Virus record (IMG/VR): IMGVR_UViG_3300028840_008185
Span: 248,001-312,000 of that record
Strand: one strand, 5' to 3'
Length of the DNA: 64,000 nucleotides
In this document: positions 55,964-64,000 of the stretch, piece after piece
Layout: each line of letters starts with the position of its first letter
Position numbering within the stretch: the first letter of the stretch is position 1
Notes under the pieces: model-generated
Seen by the model: only the letters and a program-made list of their open reading frames with translations
Database searches by the model: none
What the model was told of the DNA's origin: nothing
Position numbers and translations under genes: made by a program

Positions 55964-56473
55964 TTATATTTCAGGCTGAGAAACTCTGGTTATTGTCCCT
56001 GCCTGAACTGTGAAAGTGACATTGGCGTGTATCTCATCTTTCAAGTAATATTCCGCCGAGTATCTGCCCATTGGTAGAAAGGCCATCCACTCTCCCGCCC
56101 GATTCGTCTTCGTCTTCTTAACCACTTGATTCTTATCATCATATACGGTGATGTTCACCCCACCACGCATGCGCCCACTCTGGTCTTTGATTTTGCCTAC
56201 AGCTTTGTGAGTCGTCTTCTTGCTTACTTCCTCCCCAAATTGTTGCTGGGGTTTGATCTGTGGTTGTGCTTTTGGAGTCACTCGTGGCTTTAGCGATGGG
56301 AGAGCCACTTGTGGCTGGGGTTCAGGCTTCGCCTCGCCGCTTGGCGGCGCGAAGCCGTTGGCCCTGTTAAGTAGCTCCTTCATCATCTGCTCTATGATTA
56401 CATATCTTCTGTCAAGCAACTCAACTTTCTCAAGCAGCTCTTCTATCATTTCTATTCCTGATCTTTCTGTCAT
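55964..56473 (-). CDS. Small protein: N-terminal coiled coil, Pro/Gln linker and prealbumin-like (carboxypeptidase-regulatory-like) domain
   Basis: VGKIKDQSG....GVNITVYD.....VKKTKTNRAGEW...LPMGRY. Confidence 0.65.
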   Translation of the reverse strand: MTERSGIEMIEELLEKVELLDRRYVIIEQMMKELLNRANGFAPPSGEAKPEPQPQVALPSLKPRVTPKAQPQIKPQQQFGEEVSKKTTHKAVGKIKDQSGRMRGGVNITVYDDKNQVVKKTKTNRAGEWMAFLPMGRYSAEYYLKDEIHANVTFTVQAGTITRVSQPEI

Positions 56474-56483
56474 TATTTCTCCT

Positions 56484-59400
56484 TTATAGGGTGTAGTTAA
56501 CTCTTCCCTGCAAAACTGATATCGTATATGGGCCAGCAGTGTTTTGTGGCTCTAGTGATATGCCATGATGATCTTCGTATTGCATTATATTAGTTCCTGC
56601 CGGGCCGGCAGGTAATATCGTTTCATATTGATTGCCTGTGCCCTGTGCATTTTGTGCAGCCCTAAGGGTATAATAAGCTACCGATGGGCCAAATCCTCGC
56701 GACATGGACCAACCTAGTTGAAAATCACCCACTACACCGACTAAGTTATACCATATTTCAACATTGTTGATAGTAGCTCCCACAGGGACAGTTTCTGTTC
56801 CAAAACTAAAAGCCAAAAGATTAAAGGTGCTGTCATATATAGTTTTGGTGGCTATCCATCCCCCACCAAACACCAACCAACTGCATGCACCGCCGTTAAC
56901 GTCCATATCCACAACAGCTGAATGTGTAGGAAAAACAACCGAATAAGTCTGCCCCTTGTTATTTATGTCCGTATTGCCAGTTCCAGTCAAGTTTATCATG
57001 GTGGTGGCGGAAACGAAAAAGTAATTGTGTGCTACAAGGCAATCCGCCGCTCCCACTCCATTAATAACACCATCGCCACTGAACGCAGCCGCTCCTCTAA
57101 ACCAATTGTTACATATTATGTGATTGCTGGTATCCGTTACTTCTAATATTGCTCCAATCGTAGCACCAGCGTTGTGCCTGAACACATTGTCACTTATGAG
57201 ATATCCCCAAGCACCACCAGGACCAGATGCTGTAATATATACGATATCCTGTCCAGTATTGCCCTCACCAGTTACATAGTTGCCAGTGAAGATCACATTG
57301 CTCCCAGAACCTAGAGAGATATGATCCAGGCGTACCACATTTATATTCTCTGCTCCTTCAAAAAAGTTATCCGCAATCAATACATCATTAATGCCCCCAC
57401 TAATTGATAAGCAAAAACGACCGTCACGAACAAAGTTGTTGGATATAATAGATTCATTTAGGCCCTGCGAGAAAAACATGCCGTGCGATGCAGCATTACC
57501 ATAAAAGCCTGTAATAAGATTGCCAGAAATTAAAAAGTTGGTAGGCCCATCGTCAACCTGTATACCTGTCCCTATACCTTGGTCCGAGCCACCTGGATTC
57601 ACCAGAGTATTATTCGTTATCGTGAATCCATCATCTTGATTACCAGCATTTACCTCTGCACTAATCATTCTTCCATCAGCACCGGAAGTGTCTGTGCATT
57701 CTATATGATTTTTATCTATAGTTATTCTAGTTCCATCCTCAACTCTAATAAGTCTAGTTGCTGCCCCAGGAGCAGAGGATTTTAAAATGTAATTATTATG
57801 TATCAATACATCAGTCGGGTCTGTTGTAAGCACGATGGCATTATCTGAAATGCCAGTCATGGTATTATCATTTATGGTTAAGTTAGTTACAGAAGTAATT
57901 GACACGACAGTTGGAGCATCAAAAATATTGCCACTTATTTCCATGTTTGTAACATTGTTAAGAACCACAGCGATATCAACCACTCCTGTGAAAGCAGAGT
58001 TTTTAACAACAGAATTGGCCACACTGTTGTCACAATAAATAGCGCGGCCAGGATTGGTAAACAAACAGTTAGAAATCTTTATAACGTTCACGTCATCAGC
58101 CGCAATTGCAAAATTGCTTGCATTCGGATTGTCGAAAACAAATCTACAGCGTTCTATGCGTATGCCAGTTATGTCACTACCCAAGCCACCGATGAAGGCG
58201 CCTGTTAAAGTTGTTGAACCGGTTTGAAAACCCAGGTCTCTAATAGTACAGCCGTTACCAGGAATTATGGTGCTGAAGGGAGTGCTATTGGTAACGTAAA
58301 TAATTGAGTCTATTAGACTGTCACCCTCAAGTGTTGTCCCAGCAGGCAGTATAATAGTGTCAGCTGAGGCGGTTATTTCAAGATCAATTGTTCCCCTAAC
58401 GCGAATTCTCATTGGAACTGGCAAATCGGCATAAGCATTGATATAATTTACGGCAGCTTGTAACGAGGCAAAAGAGCCATGAGTTATGTCATTTTCCTCA
58501 ACGATCAGATCAATCTTGTTATCCAGCTTGTTGACAAATCTTCTCAAATCTCGTATAGCGTCCACAGTATTGCCAGCGTTAATATCCACCTGTGCTATGA
58601 TAGTCTTGTCATCACTGCTGAGAATTTCAGCAAGCGTAGGTGTGGTTAGAACACCAGACGCATAAAATCCGTCCTCAAGCATCTGAAACGCACCATCAGC
58701 ATCCACGAACACATTGTAGGTAACAGCAGCCCCGTTTTCTGGTATGGCTATGTTCTTACCACCTATAGAAAACACAGTGCCGTTTACCAGGATTTCACCG
58801 CCAGCGACACTAACCGTAGTAGTTCCGGCCACCCCAAAACCACGAATTATCCCGGCGCCGCGCAGCAAAGAGCGAGGGTATGTTATGTTGTCTCTAGTAA
58901 AGTCATCGCGCACATCTTGCCTTCCCACATTTCCAAACAGACGCAAATCTTCCAGATGTTTGAAGCTGGTCGTATTGTGAAGCACGGTGCCCACCTGCAC
59001 ATATAGCTCCTCACTAATTCTATCGAATATTTCTAAATCGATGTAGTTTATGTTGTTAGTTCCAGGATCGGCCGCAACTTCTATTTCCACATAATCTATT
59101 CCATTTACATCGTATAGCTTGAACCTAAAACCTTCAGAGTCCGAACTGGGTATTGTAACGCTCACACCAGGATTTATTATAGTCGCGCCCGATCTGTCTC
59201 CCAGGGTCACAACTCTACTTTCATACTGAATTCTCTTGTTGGGATTGGTTCTAAATGTTCTTGAGACGGCCACAATATCAAACCAGGATTCTGGATTGTT
59301 TGGCGTGCCCGCCGCATTTTGGTAGGTTAAACGTCTAGTTCCTCTCAATTGGCTGGTAACAAACTGATATCCATCCACAAACAGCTCATAAAGAGTGCGG

Positions 59401-61106
59401 TCGGTCGGAGTAGTGATGCCGAAGTAGTCAGCATATATGTCTATAGTTACATTCTCGTTGGTGCTAAAGTTATGTAGCACATTAAGGTTAGTGCTCAACA
59501 CCTGGTCAAATATCCAGGTGCCGTCGTCAGCTGTTGAGTTTTTCACCCTTACAATTCCATTCTCTTTAATGCCCAAATCATCCAGATTTACAGCAGCAAC
59601 GATTGTGTCAGAGCCATTTACTATTGCTCCCGTCGTGCTAACGATCTTTCTAACAGCAGCAATCTCATATCCATCGATATAAAATTTGCGCTCCTCAAGA
59701 CTTTGTGCTATTTCTCCTTCATTAAAGCCTAGTGCCTCCCAAGCTGTAGACCCTCCAGACGGAGCGAGAGCAGTCAGAGTCCCCTCAGGCTCGTCAAATG
59801 CCAGTCCCATCTCCCCTTTATAATGGAAAGCAATCAGCGGGCTGCCAGCAGTCGTAAAAGTATCGTTCAACACTTGCGTTAGATTTTCTGGAGTCCAATT
59901 GCTTGGGTTAGCTGAAAATGCTGTCATCGCTGCCAACACATCAATGTCTCCAGTATTTCCTGAGGCCCAACCAACTCTGATGTTCTGAACTCCAGCCGTT
60001 AAGGCTCGCACATCTAACCCACTACTTACAAGGAAAGGTGCAGCAGGTTGCACCAACTGAAGAACTTCGCCAGAAAAATCCGCTTTTTTAGTTGCAACTA
60101 TAAGATTGGCCGGCTCGGATGTTTCTTCAGAAGTTCTGTATACAGCCGCAGTGCCAGTGCCGCTAGCTGGAGAAGGATTGATAGTATTAACTAATGTGTT
60201 TGAGATTACTTCATCAATGCGCAACTTATAGGTGTTTGAACCCAAAGTTACATCAATCACATCTCCCCTGGCAGCAATCGCCAAGTTGGCTTGTGCGGCG
60301 CTGAATGTTACTCTGTTAACACCCTCCACCACTGTTGCGGCGGCAGAAGCAACAATACCAACATTGCGGTTGGTGCCAGGCAGAAAAGTTTCCTGTGTTC
60401 TTAGGATGCCATTGCTGTGTTGTCTGTCTTGGTGCTGCACCAAAGCCCTTACGCCAAGCTCATCAAGCTCTTCAAAAGCAGTCTGGCCGTCGGTTGCATT
60501 AATGAATAGGAAGTTTGAATTATCAACAGAGATTGCACTGGCGTCGTGGGCGTCTGTAGGATCCGCAATGTGATCGTCAATTCTACCTCTTATGTCCGTC
60601 ACAATCCCTTGGAGGTTTTGGGAAGCATATGGGGCCACATACCCATCAATATCACTGGTGTAGTGGCGCCCATATGTGCTTGGATGCGCAACATGCTGCG
60701 TTAGATTGTTTATATCGACAGCGACTTTGTTCTCCAAAGAGATGATGCGGACTCGATTCTCATCAATCCAAGTTTTGAGCTGGACAGTGCTATAATCCAA
60801 GTCTAGCTTGGACTCCTCTATTCCAGCAGTGGCAGCTATCATGCTATTGGTTATTGGCAATGCTACCAAACCGATAGTGGTGAGCGCCGAGGCTTTAATC
60901 GAGCCATCGGGGGCCAGCGACTGATCAAGTCGCGCAGCGACATCGGCAGCAGTTCCCTGCGGATCCAAACCAAGAGTTTCCTCAATCTGGAATACCGCAC
61001 TGCGCAAGCCGTTTATAGCATCGCCGCCAATTTCCGTTATGTTGTCGTCAACTCGCGGTAGTTCTTTATCAGTGTCGAGTTCGCCAGGATATTTGCTATC
61101 AGGCAT
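56484..61106 (-). CDS. Long fibre/tailspike-like virion protein with right-handed beta-helix
   Basis: N-terminal anchor motif INGLRSAVFQIEETLG.DPQG, H....DAHDASAIS repeat motif, FASLQAAVNY cap, many I.NN/I.GN beta-helix coils. Confidence 0.75.
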   Translation of the reverse strand: MPDSKYPGELDTDKELPRVDDNITEIGGDAINGLRSAVFQIEETLGLDPQGTAADVAARLDQSLAPDGSIKASALTTIGLVALPITNSMIAATAGIEESKLDLDYSTVQLKTWIDENRVRIISLENKVAVDINNLTQHVAHPSTYGRHYTSDIDGYVAPYASQNLQGIVTDIRGRIDDHIADPTDAHDASAISVDNSNFLFINATDGQTAFEELDELGVRALVQHQDRQHSNGILRTQETFLPGTNRNVGIVASAAATVVEGVNRVTFSAAQANLAIAARGDVIDVTLGSNTYKLRIDEVISNTLVNTINPSPASGTGTAAVYRTSEETSEPANLIVATKKADFSGEVLQLVQPAAPFLVSSGLDVRALTAGVQNIRVGWASGNTGDIDVLAAMTAFSANPSNWTPENLTQVLNDTFTTAGSPLIAFHYKGEMGLAFDEPEGTLTALAPSGGSTAWEALGFNEGEIAQSLEERKFYIDGYEIAAVRKIVSTTGAIVNGSDTIVAAVNLDDLGIKENGIVRVKNSTADDGTWIFDQVLSTNLNVLHNFSTNENVTIDIYADYFGITTPTDRTLYELFVDGYQFVTSQLRGTRRLTYQNAAGTPNNPESWFDIVAVSRTFRTNPNKRIQYESRVVTLGDRSGATIINPGVSVTIPSSDSEGFRFKLYDVNGIDYVEIEVAADPGTNNINYIDLEIFDRISEELYVQVGTVLHNTTSFKHLEDLRLFGNVGRQDVRDDFTRDNITYPRSLLRGAGIIRGFGVAGTTTVSVAGGEILVNGTVFSIGGKNIAIPENGAAVTYNVFVDADGAFQMLEDGFYASGVLTTPTLAEILSSDDKTIIAQVDINAGNTVDAIRDLRRFVNKLDNKIDLIVEENDITHGSFASLQAAVNYINAYADLPVPMRIRVRGTIDLEITASADTIILPAGTTLEGDSLIDSIIYVTNSTPFSTIIPGNGCTIRDLGFQTGSTTLTGAFIGGLGSDITGIRIERCRFVFDNPNASNFAIAADDVNVIKISNCLFTNPGRAIYCDNSVANSVVKNSAFTGVVDIAVVLNNVTNMEISGNIFDAPTVVSITSVTNLTINDNTMTGISDNAIVLTTDPTDVLIHNNYILKSSAPGAATRLIRVEDGTRITIDKNHIECTDTSGADGRMISAEVNAGNQDDGFTITNNTLVNPGGSDQGIGTGIQVDDGPTNFLISGNLITGFYGNAASHGMFFSQGLNESIISNNFVRDGRFCLSISGGINDVLIADNFFEGAENINVVRLDHISLGSGSNVIFTGNYVTGEGNTGQDIVYITASGPGGAWGYLISDNVFRHNAGATIGAILEVTDTSNHIICNNWFRGAAAFSGDGVINGVGAADCLVAHNYFFVSATTMINLTGTGNTDINNKGQTYSVVFPTHSAVVDMDVNGGACSWLVFGGGWIATKTIYDSTFNLLAFSFGTETVPVGATINNVEIWYNLVGVVGDFQLGWSMSRGFGPSVAYYTLRAAQNAQGTGNQYETILPAGPAGTNIMQYEDHHGISLEPQNTAGPYTISVLQGRVNYTL

Positions 61107-61124
61107 CTATTTGATCCTCCAAAG

Positions 61125-61505
61125 TTATGCTTCCCCTTCCTCGTTCGCCTTTATAGTAGAAGTAGTTGTTTTCGTTTTCTTTTTCTTCTTGTCATCTTGC
61201 GATTCTGTAGTAGATGTGCTCACTTCAGCATTGATTCCAGCACTAAAAGTAAGGCCGCCGTTCTGCTCAATTTTCTTCTGCCAGACATTTGCGCCAAAGT
61301 ATGCGGAGACTACCAGGGTAATTACCGAGACCCATTCAGTCCCGCTTAATAGGAATAGAGCAGACTTTGCCTTGAACACCCACGCACTAAGGAGTGGCGG
61401 AACAAAAGCGCCTAAAGTGGCCAAGATTATTACTAGCATAACTAACTGCCATTTTCTTGACTGATATTTTTTGTATTCTTTTCCGTTATATTTACCATTA
61501 GGCAT
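61125..61505 (-). CDS. Holin-like small membrane protein (2-3 hydrophobic segments)
   Basis: SRKW followed by hydrophobic segments, AYFGANV and a charged Lys-rich C-terminus; start set to the ATG at 61505. Confidence 0.55.
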   Translation of the reverse strand: MPNGKYNGKEYKKYQSRKWQLVMLVIILATLGAFVPPLLSAWVFKAKSALFLLSGTEWVSVITLVVSAYFGANVWQKKIEQNGGLTFSAGINAEVSTSTTESQDDKKKKKTKTTTSTIKANEEGEA

Positions 61506-61728
61506 CTTTTTTCTTGCTCCTGTTAATCGGTGCGTTTCTTGGCGCGGCATCCACCTGGGCCATTATTTCTTTCCTCTTTGCCTCTATCATATCTTTTACT
61601 GAGTTTTTTCTGGTAATGCTTGTTCTTTCGCCCTTTCTCATGGCTTTAAGTTCAAGTAGCCTACTACTAATAATTCCCAGCATTCTTTCATAGTCTTCTA
61701 TGAGTTCTTCTAGCAGTCTATCATCCAT
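61498..61728 (-). CDS. Small helical hypothetical protein
   Basis: Strong AAGGAGG RBS; its stop overlaps the next start. Confidence 0.6.
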   Translation of the reverse strand: MDDRLLEELIEDYERMLGIISSRLLELKAMRKGERTSITRKNSVKDMIEAKRKEIMAQVDAAPRNAPINRSKKKDA

Positions 61729-61741
61729 TTTTTATCCTCCT

Positions 61742-63514
61742 TTATGTCCACTTGTTGAGATCGAGCGGACCTAACACTCCATGCGTATATAGATTTCCTA
61801 TTGGACCAGGAGCAGCATCAACGAACGAAGGAAAACCAATGCGGGCATCTAAAACATTACTAAGTACGGTACTATAATCACAGGCAGTAAGCGAAACCAT
61901 TGGGCCAGTGCCGCCGCCACTTACATCGACTATAACATTGCTATTTATTGTAGCCCCATTAGCACCAAAAGCAAATATTGTGGCTACAGTGGGAGCAAGG
62001 GAATTCAGATCGTTTATAAGAATATTATTGTCGCTTATTTGCACATGCTCCACTACAGGGGCCAACGATGGGGCTACCAACACTGCACTCCCAATCGCCC
62101 CCACACCTGTGAACTTGAAGTAGTTGTTCTGCACTCGTGTTCTATGTGAGTCCGACAGAGCTATTACTGCATCCCAATTTCCCCCAGTAAACGTACATCC
62201 TTGAATAAGCGATCCTTCTTGCACATTCCCAACCATGTATTTAGAATCTCCTAGATTCCAGTTTGTGCTTGAAAAGCCCTGAATGGTAACATTCTCTAGT
62301 TCCATAATTCCAAATGGAGTCGCAGGTTCAAGGCCCCCTTGCCCACTGTCTCCAAGTATCACTATTGTCATATTTCCAGCGGGCGCACCACCATCCGTGG
62401 GAGATGATATCATAGCATTAATCAATTTAACTCTACCCTCACTCATAGTATATGTCGGGTCAGCAGCTGGTCTACCACTCAATTGTATCACTGGATGGTC
62501 TGTGCTTAGGGTAAATCCATCTCTAATGGTCATTGGTATCCACCCACCATACATGAAAAATCCGTCTATTACGAGATCGGCGCATGATAGTGATATAGGG
62601 TTGTTACTAGAATCACTATGACCAAGAACATTCTCGTTCATATTTATGCGAAGGTTTTGAATCTTAAGTATATCTGCCTCAGAACGTATGAAGCTAGTGC
62701 TTATTATTCCAGGGCCGTAGGTATACATATATAGTCCGTTAACTTCTGTTCTATCTCCTCCAAAGTCAATAACAGGGGTGTTTGCTTTGTATGGTTCACA
62801 TCTCACGGCACAATCGTGTATTTTAAGACCCGAGGTGCCACCTGCCCCTATAATTGCCTGAGCGCCGTAGCCATCTATAAAAAAAGTATTGCTTACAACA
62901 CAACCAAAACCATTATGATTAAGCAGTGTTACTTCTCCAACAGGTGCAAGTTCACACTGAGAAATTTCTGCTAATATGCAGCCAGGCCCCGTGCTTATGC
63001 AATCCACACCAACTGGGGTCACTCTTGTTTGCTCCACCCTTGGCCTGCGCCCGGATTGTAGGTATATTGTTCCTTCAATCTCGCACTGCTTTACCAAGAA
63101 GTCATCACAATCGCTCACGAAAGCCTGGTATGCACCAGCACCGAAGTTGATGATTTCTATGTTTTGTATTGTAGATCCATACGCATCATGCTCAAAAGTA
63201 AGCATAAATGTTCCAACTTCATTTACCACTGTAGGTCTTTGTTCCACGCCAATGATTTTTACAGGTCTTGGGAGTATATGAGGCACGGTTATATGATATT
63301 CGCCCCCTCTTACCAAGATAGTTCCACCTGTAGCAGCTACATCTAAAAGAGCCCTTTCCAACGCGTCCATGCCATTATACATGCCGCCTTCGGTGGTTAC
63401 ACCATCAGTGCATGAAATCACAGTCCGCGCATGATGATCGCCAGCCTCTATACGCTCATCCAAGCTTGGGAAAATGCCTCCACCAATACCCCCAGTGGGA
63501 CTAAATATATCACT
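61742..63514 (-). repeat. Diverged direct repeat, copy B (paralogous to 20018-21802)
   Basis: Same colinear similarity as copy A; differences are mostly at third codon positions. Confidence 0.9.
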
Positions 63515-64000
63515 AGCAGAGGCAGCATTCTGGCTGGCCAATAGAGTTGAAACATGATCCCTGACAGCACCGGCTGGCAAGCTAAGTGGGATTCCAGGCA
63601 CGAGTCCCGTCCCAATCTTTTCATATCCACCGGGACTGCCCAATTGTTCAACTATGTCATCTGGAGTGATGCGGAAATTCTGCACTCCTAGGCCTGCACC
63701 GTCAGCAAAGGTGGAGAAACTACCAGGATAGTCAAACAAAAGTAGTAGTTCTTCTAACTGGATATCCAGAGTTGGTCCAACCAAACCATTAAATACAGCG
63801 ACTTTCGGAGCCGTATCTATGTGATTATCGTTGTGTCTGAAAGCAACACCATTGACGTGCTCATCAAAGTTGGTTTCATTCACATTGATCCTAGAGCCGT
63901 AATCGTTCAGGCGAGCCACAACGGTTCCGTAAGCTCCATGTGGATTTACACCTAGCGTTTGCTCAAGTGCCAAGACAGCGCTTCTCAGATCATTGTGGTC
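61742..64000 (-). CDS. Fibre/spike-like beta-helix protein (5' end beyond the window), paralogue of 20018..22225
   Basis: Frame is open to the right edge (DHNDLRSAVLALEQTLGVNPHG...), so the TTG start in the ORF track is probably not real; the C-terminal ~590 aa align with the 20018 gene. Confidence 0.78.
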   Translation of the reverse strand, partial: DHNDLRSAVLALEQTLGVNPHGAYGTVVARLNDYGSRINVNETNFDEHVNGVAFRHNDNHIDTAPKVAVFNGLVGPTLDIQLEELLLLFDYPGSFSTFADGAGLGVQNFRITPDDIVEQLGSPGGYEKIGTGLVPGIPLSLPAGAVRDHVSTLLASQNAASASDIFSPTGGIGGGIFPSLDERIEAGDHHARTVISCTDGVTTEGGMYNGMDALERALLDVAATGGTILVRGGEYHITVPHILPRPVKIIGVEQRPTVVNEVGTFMLTFEHDAYGSTIQNIEIINFGAGAYQAFVSDCDDFLVKQCEIEGTIYLQSGRRPRVEQTRVTPVGVDCISTGPGCILAEISQCELAPVGEVTLLNHNGFGCVVSNTFFIDGYGAQAIIGAGGTSGLKIHDCAVRCEPYKANTPVIDFGGDRTEVNGLYMYTYGPGIISTSFIRSEADILKIQNLRINMNENVLGHSDSSNNPISLSCADLVIDGFFMYGGWIPMTIRDGFTLSTDHPVIQLSGRPAADPTYTMSEGRVKLINAMISSPTDGGAPAGNMTIVILGDSGQGGLEPATPFGIMELENVTIQGFSSTNWNLGDSKYMVGNVQEGSLIQGCTFTGGNWDAVIALSDSHRTRVQNNYFKFTGVGAIGSAVLVAPSLAPVVEHVQISDNNILINDLNSLAPTVATIFAFGANGATINSNVIVDVSGGGTGPMVSLTACDYSTVLSNVLDARIGFPSFVDAAPGPIGNLYTHGVLGPLDLNKWT

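Noticed and set aside
1342-63346. The many plus-strand ORFs in the ORF track other than 54684..55184
   Set aside because: They lie antisense to long, motif-bearing minus-strand genes and have no recognisable motifs; treated as shadow ORFs.
61742-63514. Diversity-generating retroelement template/variable repeat pair with 20018-21802
   Set aside because: The similarity spans ~1.8 kb of two intact genes, mismatches involve all bases and mostly third codon positions rather than adenines only, and no reverse transcriptase is in the window.
1-64000. Stop-codon reassignment, as seen in some large phages
   Set aside because: TAA, TAG and TGA all terminate genes at sensible, tightly packed boundaries, and coding density is already very high under code 11.
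1-64000. tRNA, rRNA, introns or inteins
   Set aside because: Intergenic gaps are short, and I saw no cloverleaf, split gene or intein-type motif by eye. A covariance-model search would be needed to exclude small RNAs.

Overview
This window is best read as part of a large myovirus-like (jumbo-type) phage genome in genetic code 11, with bacterial-style Shine-Dalgarno sites. Nearly every gene is on the minus strand. In transcription order (right to left) there are three blocks. (1) A ~44 kb contractile-tail module: beta-helix fibres/spikes, a holin-like protein, tail terminator, sheath, two tube paralogues, a frameshifted tail-assembly chaperone pair, tape measure, tube initiator, hub, spike, gp25-like and baseplate J-like proteins, a 2288-aa wedge protein and a dockerin-containing protein. 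(2) A ~14 kb glycan-modification operon led by a ribbon-helix-helix regulator: six glycosyltransferase domains, gmd/fcl, three methyltransferases, a sulfotransferase-like protein and a radical SAM/SPASM enzyme. (3) A tubulin/FtsZ-family GTPase followed by an SF2 helicase, a DnaC-like loader and a DnaB helicase that the ORF track missed. No capsid, portal or terminase gene is in the window. The most striking unexplained signal is the tripeptide D-G-Y (plus D-A/S/E-Y variants). By manual count it occurs about 26 times in ten predicted outer virion proteins, including a DGYDGYDGY run, and I found none in the enzymes or internal tail proteins. It sits next to a soluble glycosylation/sulfation operon, so it is a candidate sequon for a phage-encoded virion tyrosine-modification system. 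That link is inference. All product calls come from motif recognition and gene order, not database searches.
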